Counted from the first letter of the stretch, positions 9,401-16,460 are shown. The stretch is DNA of 20,000 nt from an uncultured virus (IMG/VR IMGVR_UViG_3300044970_001083) (IMGVR_UViG_3300044970_001083), one strand, 5' to 3'. Numbers and translations: made by a program. Notes: generated from the sequence alone by a model not told the origin.

Positions 9401-10049
9401 GTAAATTTATTTTTTGTTTACCTAATGATTCCGCATGGTATTCTTCACATAATTGTCCCATTGTTAGCCCATGCCAACTAAACCGATAATCTGATGATGA
9501 TGAGCCTGCTGTGCTTGTTGTTATTTTAACAAGAATATCAATTGCCTCATTTGTTACTCCAGCAGGTATGTCGAAAGTACCAGAGACAAAAAACCATCCT
9601 GTTTTTTCTTGTGTATTAGAAAAATTTAAATCTTTATATACTGTTGATCCACCAGAATACTTATAGCCAATAGAAAGTTTAGTTAGATGTCTGCTTTCTG
9701 AATAAACCCAGGCACCAATACAAAAAGTTTGAAGATTAATGTCAAGATCATCAAAACCTATAAAGCCTGGAGTTTCTAATACTATTGGACTATTTTCATT
9801 TATAATTTCAACAGAAAGAATATCTTCTTCAGGAAATGGGTACGGAGACATTGATTTAATTACTGCAGATGCTGGAGAATACGTTGTTACTGCATTTGTA
9901 ACAGTCCAATCTTCGTACCCAGTAAATAAATCTGCTCTAACTGCATCACTAATCAAACTAATATAATCAGCACTATCGTCTAAATGCCAGATGGCAATAG
10001 GATGCTCTGCATATAGTTTTTCAGCATACAGATTTGATAAAACTGTCAT
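6450..10049 (-). CDS. Large putative virion protein with carbohydrate-binding/LamG (concanavalin A)-like domains (1199 aa)
   Basis: N-terminal EHPIAIWHLDD, a CBM-like segment (FCIGAWVY...GWFFVSGTF) and a LamG-like segment (YTVECWL...ATLLVNGEEV). Beta-rich. Domain calls are by eye. Confidence 0.55.
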   Translation of the reverse strand: MTVLSNLYAEKLYAEHPIAIWHLDDSADYISLISDAVRADLFTGYEDWTVTNAVTTYSPASAVIKSMSPYPFPEEDILSVEIINENSPIVLETPGFIGFDDLDINLQTFCIGAWVYSESRHLTKLSIGYKYSGGSTVYKDLNFSNTQEKTGWFFVSGTFDIPAGVTNEAIDILVKITTSTAGSSSSDYRFSWHGLTMGQLCEEYHAESLGKQKINLPSSINLNLDGVVVADAYGLSDRNGYYVVANNNLVARDGSIPLVFGSSGSIELIPHEELLTTQSWDQTAEEDWAYWEENETWQSLRDLDQSEFIISAKPSIIFPGCGFLNEAGRNQDYTVECWLNIDSNATTPKRIFGPITSTDGLYVENAFLTLVVGNNFVSHYVGEWFRPMLVHIRLIKDSATLLVNGEEVGQLSFTTKDLTLPEEFTLNDKSNDWIGFYAYKDNVVDPIILGSFSIFPYSMSTLVAKSHYVYGQGIPLSSEVIDSYYGGTSVEIDYSVSKYNNNKTYPLNLSWQQADIDNLNATDTSLKTPEYSLPTFNLGTKTLSELEEDSFAIQDDGEAFFSLNPNSTWNTVNSSIYFNDLSFIQSPINAIYGIFEFTSSSTDQTLICLFQDNNNYLKVRRLASNGSINYVFCYNGTISTIASGVIPLHEFVAGFEFSKLLSNNILGLSQFLSNSLSLKMYVGNDFDDNKFTGRIYTFGISTIKNSLEIDHHFASNGTATINAYSSLLPHIASYTLSPFKEYGKFFLDISVAGYWRDYLPVSSLMSQVANSENNIVSDLDYVQFNIDYPSPSDIPAAGQNYWTNSSVSNTYSTSDASVRSYIAFDYTSNGYSKPDEDYTDVSANQSRVLDLNTTSWTDKKFELVDGYLIYPDKNVNLENMSLIYFVNFKVKSILKKKVFLRKLEFAARTLNYTSSTPIGTKYGIDLYPFKKVGFYTGHKGKNPLIIDKDNTPYLYLTRKSGLELRNGINDIERGVSIPVSSTLIDKYSLSAIQMFTRCDLYAFPENPVKIFEVNYKGDSLDFYIQSNSSTGKRGVIFSKLRSSGTIFTDLSYYLNGKLVGQPVIDIQQWYSFGISFNSSLNFDNYSGSIVLKYLMMFNNISFYQGTALQVVQRLVLRTWQEVEDEEASWQGWENEGDWNNMLIRSRDSRYIVNPSEVYKTYIGNRTTVVDDFNNDFRIVSNSVAAYQDTSWQEYIVTPA

Positions 10050-10058
10050 AGTAGCCTA

Positions 10059-10067
10059 ATTATATCA
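10059..10067 (-). promoter_or_regulatory. Extended -10 promoter TGATATAAT overlapping the nrdJ stop codon
   Basis: The TGA stop of nrdJ supplies the TGn. Lies 9 nt from ATG 10049. Confidence 0.7.
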
Positions 10068-12098
10068 GGAAACAGTTTTAATTTCACAATAGTCTGTAGT
10101 ACAGTACATTTCTCCAATAGAATCAAGATTTTCAACACCATCATAAATTGCATCAAAGTTAATATGAGCAACCTTTCCAACATAAACATCATACTCTTCT
10201 TTAGTAATTTGTGTGTATGGCTGTTGTGGATAGGTATGATTTCCCATTGGGAGGAATGAAACTGCTTTTAATTGACCTTCATACATGTGAAGTGCTGGAG
10301 CAATATGTTTTGTTTCTGTTTCTTTGTCAAAAGATAAAGTTACAGAGACTCCATTATCTGACCAATATTTTTGTGTAGTTGCAGCAAGACCAATCTTTTC
10401 AAAAAGACTTACATCCTTCTCTGATCTTGGATGTCCTGAAGACACTGGGAAGTATACTACGCTAGTATTTGCCGATACTAAATCATCTTCAATTTTATAC
10501 CCTGCTGCTTTAAATAAATGCAACATTGGATCTGTATTTCCAAAACGAATTGCACGTAAGAAATATTCTCCACCAACAGACCAATGAACTCCTGGAGATG
10601 CTCCAGAAAGTAATGAGACAGATCCTGAAGGTTTTACAGTAGTTACACGAATTGACTCACGAACACATAGCCATTCTGAATATTGCTTATCGTAATGGCG
10701 AATCTTTTTATATCCTTCGTCCATCCACTCTCTGGTTGTTGGCATTCCATTAATATCAGTGAAAGATGCAATTCCAGTTAAAGATGTTCCAATTCTGCGG
10801 TTTCTTTGCATAATACCGTTTGTAATTTGCCAATGTGTTGGAAGTAATGTTACAGTTTTTCCATAAAGATATGCAAACTTTAGTGTACGCATAAAATCTT
10901 CTTTATCTGTGTGACGATTTAAATGAACTTCAACAAGTGTACAAAGTTCATAGGACTCTAGTGGTTGTTCCGCACAAGGATTAAAACCCATAACACGATA
11001 ATCTTTTCCATCTGCTGGATCTGCTAATCTTCCATAATTTCTTGCAACATCAAGCCAAATAAAACCAGGCTCTCCGTTATCTGCAATTAAATCTACATAG
11101 TCTTCATAATGAGTTCCAACTTCAGCAGAGATTGAGTTATTACTCATCCATGCCCACCCTGGATTTTCTGAATCAAATGAGTTACGATCTGGAAATACTT
11201 CTGAGTTTTTAAGATTAATAAAGTCTTTATCATTTGGATTTCCAAGAGCAAGAGTTGCAGATCTTCGAACATTTCCAGAAACAACACATGTTCCAATAAG
11301 ATTTACAATATCTACGATTGCTCTAGAATCTAACTTCTCTCCTGCTCTGGAGCCAATAACTTTGCGTATCCTTGTATGTAGATCAATCAATGGTTTTGGA
11401 CCGCTTGCAACCCCACCAAAGCCTTTAATTGGTGCTCCTAGAGGACGGATCAGATCATAGTTAAATTCTTGAATTGGTTGATTTGTTCTTAAGAATGAAT
11501 TAAGCAAAAGCCTAACAGATTCTACCCAACCTTCACGAGTATCTGGAATATCATATACAGATGCTGGTTCTGTTGGTGCATAAATAGATAAATCTTTTTC
11601 TTGACCTACCGTGTCAAATCCAACTCCGATTCCAAGCATTAAAGCATCCATAACCCACGCAAATAAAGATCCAGGATCATTACGATCAATATCTCTGGTT
11701 GAAACCATCGCACAGTTCTGAAGAGAAGCAGAGTTTTTCTTTTCCATTGTCATTGGAGTACCAAAAGCCCATAGACCTCTTCCTGGTGGAGTCCACTTCA
11801 AAGTAAACATACGGTCATAGGCTTCTTGTGCTGATTTTTGTGCCTTATAGTCATTCCAAGGTAGTCTGTTTTCTTTTGCATGATTCTTTTGTACTGAATA
11901 CATACCTTCGATCACTCTTTTACAAACCTCATGCCATCTTTCCTTAGTTCCATCCTCTTTTACACGGGAATAAGTACGGATAAAAGTAATCTCTCCTAAT
12001 GAGTTAAGACCAGCATCCTTAAAGCCAAAAGGAGGCTCTATTTCTGCATATTTTGTAACAAAATCATCGGAAAGGCGAAAAGAAAAAACATCTGACAT
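10065..12098 (-). CDS. nrdJ: Class II adenosylcobalamin-dependent ribonucleotide reductase (monomeric RTPR type)
   Basis: PPGRGLW, LQNC, VVSGNVRRSA, catalytic NPCAEQPL...C, TTVKPSG and C-terminal CTTDYC redox pair. AGGAG SD at 12109-12113. Confidence 0.95.
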   Translation of the reverse strand: MSDVFSFRLSDDFVTKYAEIEPPFGFKDAGLNSLGEITFIRTYSRVKEDGTKERWHEVCKRVIEGMYSVQKNHAKENRLPWNDYKAQKSAQEAYDRMFTLKWTPPGRGLWAFGTPMTMEKKNSASLQNCAMVSTRDIDRNDPGSLFAWVMDALMLGIGVGFDTVGQEKDLSIYAPTEPASVYDIPDTREGWVESVRLLLNSFLRTNQPIQEFNYDLIRPLGAPIKGFGGVASGPKPLIDLHTRIRKVIGSRAGEKLDSRAIVDIVNLIGTCVVSGNVRRSATLALGNPNDKDFINLKNSEVFPDRNSFDSENPGWAWMSNNSISAEVGTHYEDYVDLIADNGEPGFIWLDVARNYGRLADPADGKDYRVMGFNPCAEQPLESYELCTLVEVHLNRHTDKEDFMRTLKFAYLYGKTVTLLPTHWQITNGIMQRNRRIGTSLTGIASFTDINGMPTTREWMDEGYKKIRHYDKQYSEWLCVRESIRVTTVKPSGSVSLLSGASPGVHWSVGGEYFLRAIRFGNTDPMLHLFKAAGYKIEDDLVSANTSVVYFPVSSGHPRSEKDVSLFEKIGLAATTQKYWSDNGVSVTLSFDKETETKHIAPALHMYEGQLKAVSFLPMGNHTYPQQPYTQITKEEYDVYVGKVAHINFDAIYDGVENLDSIGEMYCTTDYCEIKTVS

Positions 12099-12140
12099 AA
12101 GTATAAATCTCCTAATTAAATTGAATTTGAATAATAACTA

Positions 12141-12149
12141 ATTGTAGCA
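12141..12149 (-). promoter_or_regulatory. Extended -10 promoter TGCTACAAT upstream of nrdJ
   Basis: One mismatch to TGnTATAAT, at an intergenic position equivalent to the other copies. Confidence 0.65.
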
Positions 12150-12166
12150 GAGTTTTTATTTTCTAC

Positions 12167-12197
12167 AAACTCTACATCTTTAGATTAGGTAGAGTTT
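12167..12197 (-). terminator. Stem-loop, possible terminator of the oxygenase cassette
   Basis: 9-bp inverted repeat AAACTCTAC/GTAGAGTTT just after the stop at 12215. The U-tract is weak. Confidence 0.4.
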
Positions 12198-12214
12198 TTA
12201 ATATATAAAAACTA

Positions 12215-12946
12215 CTACTTGTATGTTCTTTGTTCCCAAATTTTATTTTTATATACTCCACCATTTGGTTTTCTGTATATTTTACTATTTGCAATATTTT
12301 TATAAACTATAACATTTGAATTAATTATATTGAATTCACTTTCCCAATTATCCCTTTTAAATGGAATCATTTGAACTATTGGAGTACCTTTTGGTAATAT
12401 TCCAGAAAATTCTTTATTTATAAAAAATGGCATGCTTCCTGGCAACAAGACCTTATCATTATCTACAATTCCAGAAACTGTATAAAAAGGCAACTCAAAC
12501 CTATTTAAAGGATGTGTATACAATACGCTATAACCCTCTGGAACTTGAATTCCCCAATCTGCAAACCAAGCAAAATGATCATCTCTATATCCATGTGGTG
12601 TAACAAAACCATCCATTTTGCTTCTTGGTGTACAAAAATCTTTATATTTTAAGTCTTCTATTTCAACACTTAATCCATTTTCACTTTGTATAAAATTAAT
12701 ATCACACGGTGTTAAATATGTGTATCCAGATCCCATTACGTCAAAAACTGCTGGACAGGCCTTCCAAGTTGGCATTTTGCCACCATCTTGCCCAATATAA
12801 AAATCATTATTTTGTGGATTTTTAATAAATCTATCCATTTTTCGATACCACTCTGGAATAGTTTTAAGTATAGATGTTGGCTTAAATAGACTGTCTTGGT
12901 TTAACCATGGTCTATTATTAGTAAAAATTATTTTTTTAATGTCCAT
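12215..12946 (-). CDS. Hypothetical protein, DUF6065-related / dUTPase-like beta fold (243 aa)
   Basis: PEWY, KACPAVFD..GSGY, VPEGYSVLYTHPLNR, SGIVDND and LPKGTPIVQMIPFKR share the motif layout of the adjacent gene. Canonical dUTPase catalytic motifs are absent. Confidence 0.6.
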   Translation of the reverse strand: MDIKKIIFTNNRPWLNQDSLFKPTSILKTIPEWYRKMDRFIKNPQNNDFYIGQDGGKMPTWKACPAVFDVMGSGYTYLTPCDINFIQSENGLSVEIEDLKYKDFCTPRSKMDGFVTPHGYRDDHFAWFADWGIQVPEGYSVLYTHPLNRFELPFYTVSGIVDNDKVLLPGSMPFFINKEFSGILPKGTPIVQMIPFKRDNWESEFNIINSNVIVYKNIANSKIYRKPNGGVYKNKIWEQRTYK

Positions 12947-13662
12947 TATTTTTTTCTTTTATCATTTGTTTTTAATCTAATTGTTTTTAATTCATGCTTT
13001 CCTACAGGAATATCTGATTCGTCTGTAGCATTTCTGTAAAAGTGTGTCCACTCACCAACTCTATTTTTTAATTGAGACACCTCTCCATATTTTTTATTTT
13101 TAATTTCATCTTCTTTAGAAAAAACATAATCATTAATATCTAATTCATATTGGTTTATGTTTTGTAAAGATATTGGAACAATAGCAGCAATAGGAGTTTT
13201 TGCTGGAATTGTTATAACAACATTTGGTTTTGTAACTTTGGCTGCTAGTGGCAATGGATATCTAAAAAAAGAAGTAGAAATAAGTGTTGTGTATAAATGA
13301 ATTCCATCAATAAATAGATTTGGAACTGGCATTGTTAACAAAGTTGTATTTTCATCAGTAATAAATTTAGTAAATGTATCAAAACTTAGCGTTGCACTTC
13401 TTCTATTTTCATTGACATATTTGTTACCAGATAGGATAGTTATATGACCATCCTCTTTATCTGTATCAATTCCGTCCCAAATAAAACTAATATCTTCATC
13501 AAAACTAATTCCCCAACCTAATGTATTTGAAATTGATAACGGAAAACAATGATATGCGTGTGCATTTGACACATTGTCCATCCAATCTCTTTTAGCAGAA
13601 ATTTGAGAGATGTTTACACCAGAATTTGGCATCATGTATGCATTAAAAACTTTATTAGTCAT
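12946..13662 (-). CDS. DUF6065-family protein (about 238 aa)
   Basis: KRDWMD...HAYHCFPLSISNTLGWGI and IPAKTPIAAIVP match my recollection of the DUF6065 signature. ATG 13662 overlaps the upstream stop at 13655-13657 and is the likely start. Confidence 0.7.
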   Translation of the reverse strand: MTNKVFNAYMMPNSGVNISQISAKRDWMDNVSNAHAYHCFPLSISNTLGWGISFDEDISFIWDGIDTDKEDGHITILSGNKYVNENRRSATLSFDTFTKFITDENTTLLTMPVPNLFIDGIHLYTTLISTSFFRYPLPLAAKVTKPNVVITIPAKTPIAAIVPISLQNINQYELDINDYVFSKEDEIKNKKYGEVSQLKNRVGEWTHFYRNATDESDIPVGKHELKTIRLKTNDKRKK

Positions 13663-14335
13663 TTGTTTCTTCATGAAGGTCTGGCCTATGATATTTTGCG
13701 CTATAATCAAGCATTGTTACTAACGAATATTTTGTTCCAGATACCACTGGCATTGCTGTATGAGGATACATATAGTTTGATGGAAAAATATATAAATCAC
13801 CTGCCTGTGGTTTAACTTTTATTCCTTGTAGTCTAAAATCCAACTCTCCACCTTCGTAATCATCATTTAAATATCCTACTAAAGAAACTACACAGTTATA
13901 TGTAGGACCTTGATCATGATGCTCTTGAAAATGTTGTCCTGGACCATATTTTATAAAATTAAATGATTCCCAGTATCTTAGTTCTCCAACACGAAAAAAA
14001 TGAGAGTAGTCTTTAACTGCTGGAAGTTGTAAGTCATAACAGTCCTGCCAGACTTCTTGCAGCAAAACTGATTGAACGCTTTTATCATTCAGTAAATTTT
14101 CTTTTCTATATTTAAAATCAACACAGTCTCTATATTCTGGAATTTTTTGGGCATATCCAACTAAAGCCTCTCTCCAAAAATAATTTGGATTTTTGCCTGT
14201 TAGACTATTTTCTAGTCTACTAATTATTTTCATGTCTTTTTTAAATACATTTCTATAAACTGCTATTCCATCTGCAAGTAATTCTTTACTATCCCAAGTT
14301 GGATTTTCAACAACATTTGGTTCAAAATTAATCAT
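13655..14335 (-). CDS. 2OG-Fe(II) oxygenase, prolyl 4-hydroxylase-like (226 aa)
   Basis: HHD iron motif, YLNDDYEGGEL, FPSNYMYPH distal His, GTKY 2-oxoglutarate-binding Lys. Confidence 0.9.
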   Translation of the reverse strand: MINFEPNVVENPTWDSKELLADGIAVYRNVFKKDMKIISRLENSLTGKNPNYFWREALVGYAQKIPEYRDCVDFKYRKENLLNDKSVQSVLLQEVWQDCYDLQLPAVKDYSHFFRVGELRYWESFNFIKYGPGQHFQEHHDQGPTYNCVVSLVGYLNDDYEGGELDFRLQGIKVKPQAGDLYIFPSNYMYPHTAMPVVSGTKYSLVTMLDYSAKYHRPDLHEETND

Positions 14336-15066
14336 TGTTGCCTTTCTGTGTAAGTATACTTATGTCCCAATTCATTAATATCTGTCATAATAACAATACA
14401 ATATTTTGTTCCATTAACCATGTCCATTGACGCATGCTCATAAATATAATTAGATGGAAAAATTGCTATATCACCAAACTTTGGTTTATAAACTAAGTTG
14501 TCTAGCCTTGGAAAAAATAATTCTCCGCCTTCATAATCATCATTTAAATAAATTACAACAGAAACTGTTGTATTATATGCTGGACCGTGATCTGCATGAA
14601 TTCTAAATTGCTGTCCTACACCTTCATACTTTACAAAATTAAATGCTTCATAATAGACCACATTAATTCCCCAATAACGAGCATAGTCATCAACACATAA
14701 TTTTAAAGTATTGTAAATTTCTTCATACATATCAATTAATTCAGCATTTTGCTCATCTCTTGCTCCCAGAGAATAAGGATTATACTTAAAATCAGAGCAG
14801 TTTCTAGCATACTTTATTGGTTGATCTGAGTTTGTAACTTTTGCTTCATTCCACTTATACCTTGTTTGTCCATTTAAATTATTTTCTAATATACTTAAAT
14901 ATTTTTCACAATTTTCTTTTGAAATTGCATTATTATAGATATTTAAACCTAATCCTGGATTGCTTACTTTAATATTATTAAAAGTTTTGTCTGGCATTCT
15001 AAAAGATGCAGATTCTGACCTATCTTTTGTAAACCAAGGATTTTGTGATTCATTTACTTCAATCAT
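14332..15066 (-). CDS. 2OG-Fe(II) oxygenase, prolyl 4-hydroxylase-like (244 aa)
   Basis: HAD motif, YLNDDYEGGEL, FPSNYIYEH, GTKY. AAGGAG SD. ATGA overlap with its paralogue. Confidence 0.9.
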   Translation of the reverse strand: MIEVNESQNPWFTKDRSESASFRMPDKTFNNIKVSNPGLGLNIYNNAISKENCEKYLSILENNLNGQTRYKWNEAKVTNSDQPIKYARNCSDFKYNPYSLGARDEQNAELIDMYEEIYNTLKLCVDDYARYWGINVVYYEAFNFVKYEGVGQQFRIHADHGPAYNTTVSVVIYLNDDYEGGELFFPRLDNLVYKPKFGDIAIFPSNYIYEHASMDMVNGTKYCIVIMTDINELGHKYTYTERQQ

Positions 15067-15068
15067 TA

Positions 15069-15121
15069 GCGAGTCTCCTTTATTTAATTATAGCATAAGA
15101 ATTATTTAAAGGAGACTGCGC
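15069..15121 (-). promoter_or_regulatory. RBS-sequestering hairpin containing an internal extended -10 promoter (TGCTATAAT, 15087-15095)
   Basis: Perfect 11-bp inverted repeat AGTCTCCTTTA (15072-15082)/TAAAGGAGACT (15107-15117), extendable on both sides. On the mRNA, the 3' arm contains the SD of the gene starting at 15066. Confidence 0.8.
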
Positions 15122-15124
15122 TTT

Positions 15125-16429
15125 TTATTCAATACTTTGATCTCTTGTGTCATATACTAACATATTTTCTGTAAAGAAGTTGTCGTATGGTTCACAGTTA
15201 ATCGAATATACTGTTTCTTCATAATTTAGAACGTCTAATGAATCAATATTGACAAACCCTAACTCTTCATATGAATATACCATATATGTGTCATCAATTG
15301 AATCAATTCTTAAGAATTTTGAAACATTATCTTTTTTAGTTAAAATATAATGCGTTTCAGAATATGCATCGCCGTTAAGAAGATATACTTTATCTACTTG
15401 CTTTGATGATACTGCATAAACTGTAGTTTCTCTTAAATTGGTTTCATTTAGGATTAAGTCTTCTGCTGTCCAATTTAACCAATCAGCGTTATGTGCTGAG
15501 GCTTGTTCTGGAAGTTCCATAGCAATTAAAACATCTCCTACAACTATGTCTTTGGCTTCTTTTCTGCCATTGGTAGTCATGATGCCTGTATTGCTGGCAA
15601 TGGAATACTCTGAGAATCCAAACCCTGGGAAAAATGGTCCGAATGGTGGTGGGAATGGTGGTGGGAATGGTGGTGGGAATGGTGGTGGGAATGGTGGTGG
15701 GAATGGTGGTGGTGCGAAACTTGGGAAGAACGGAAAGAACGGGAAGAATGGGAAAAATGGGAAGAATGGGAAGAATGGTGAAAGTGTAGTAACGCTAGAA
15801 GTTGTTGCTCCTAATGATGCTCCATTAGCATTTGTTGCAGTAACAGTGTAAGTCTGTGAAGTTCCTGCTGTATCAGCAATAGTTGATGATGTTGCTGATG
15901 ATGCTAAATCTCCAGAAGAAGTTCCGTCAGAACCAGTAACGTTATGCTTAGATAAAGCCTTTCCACCAGTGGCACCAATTGTCCAACTGATTGTGTTTTG
16001 GTTAACACCAGCACTGGCGACCGCACCTTGAGGCGCTTGTGGAACTGTTGTTGCAGTTACTGAAGAAGAAGTTGTTCCGCTTGCAGTTCCTGCAGCGTTT
16101 GTTCCTTTTACTGTAAATGTGTATGAAGTATTTGATGCTAATCCCTGAAAAGTATAAGAAGGAGTGGAAGAGCCAGTATTTACTTCGTAAGTTGAGGGGG
16201 TTGTTGTAATGATATAAGCAGTTGCTGCTGGAGATCCCGCTGGCAATGTCCAAGTAAGGCTTACTGCTCCACCTGTGCCTGCTGCAGATGCTGCTGAAGT
16301 AGTATTAGCAGTAGCAAGATAAGGACGAGATGTTCCTACATCTGTACCACTTAAGGAAGTAACATTATCTGGTTGCAAAAAGTTGTCTTGTGCTGAAGAC
16401 TTGATACCTCTTTTTTTACTAACTGCCAT
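15125..16429 (-). CDS. Fibronectin type III + Pro/Phe-repeat + C-terminal Hint-domain protein (434 aa)
   Basis: Two FN3-like units (VSLTW...YTFQGLASNTSYTFTVKGTNAAG; ISW...YTVTATNANG), the repeat tract at aa 218-272, then Hint blocks SIASNTGIMT..G.K...DIVVGD, SETHYIL and VYSINCEPYDNFFTENMLVYD. GAGGAG SD. Confidence 0.85.
   Translation of the reverse strand: MAVSKKRGIKSSAQDNFLQPDNVTSLSGTDVGTSRPYLATANTTSAASAAGTGGAVSLTWTLPAGSPAATAYIITTTPSTYEVNTGSSTPSYTFQGLASNTSYTFTVKGTNAAGTASGTTSSSVTATTVPQAPQGAVASAGVNQNTISWTIGATGGKALSKHNVTGSDGTSSGDLASSATSSTIADTAGTSQTYTVTATNANGASLGATTSSVTTLSPFFPFFPFFPFFPFFPFFPSFAPPPFPPPFPPPFPPPFPPPFPPPFGPFFPGFGFSEYSIASNTGIMTTNGRKEAKDIVVGDVLIAMELPEQASAHNADWLNWTAEDLILNETNLRETTVYAVSSKQVDKVYLLNGDAYSETHYILTKKDNVSKFLRIDSIDDTYMVYSYEELGFVNIDSLDVLNYEETVYSINCEPYDNFFTENMLVYDTRDQSIE
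15641..15712 (-). repeat. Perfect 12-bp tandem repeat (CCACCACCATTC)x6 encoding (PPPF)6
   Basis: Read directly: gaatggtggtgg x6 on the + strand. Confidence 0.98.
15725..15778 (-). repeat. 9-bp tandem repeat (CCRTTYTTY)x6 encoding (PFF)6
   Basis: Read directly. The copies differ only at synonymous positions. Confidence 0.97.
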
Positions 16430-16446
16430 TTTTACTCCTCTTTTCT

Positions 16447-16455
16447 ATTATATCA
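16447..16455 (-). promoter_or_regulatory. Extended -10 promoter TGATATAAT for the FN3-Hint gene
   Basis: Exact consensus in the 31-nt gap, 6 nt before the GAGGAG SD. Confidence 0.75.
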
Positions 16456-16460
16456 AACTA

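Noticed and set aside
12099..12214. Cobalamin riboswitch ahead of the B12-dependent nrdJ
   Set aside because: The region is too short and AT-rich, and I found no B12-box.
12215..13662. Functional dUTPase or dCTP deaminase next to the RNR
   Set aside because: Canonical catalytic motifs (RSG/RSS, GxIDxDYxG) are absent. At most a fold-level resemblance is suspected.
15125..15604. Classical mobile, splicing intein
   Set aside because: There is no homing endonuclease, no terminal His-Asn and only a 7-residue tail. A low chance of Asp-Thr splicing remains (..VYD/T..).
15641..15778. Tandem repeats as a possible CRISPR array
   Set aside because: The units are 9-12 bp with no spacers and lie in frame inside a CDS.
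15438..15851. Plus-strand ORF with (GGGN)n and (GKN)n repeats, superficially glycine-rich or collagen-like
   Set aside because: It is the antisense shadow of the Pro/Phe tract. It has no RBS, and all real genes here, including the FN3-Hint gene, are on the minus strand.
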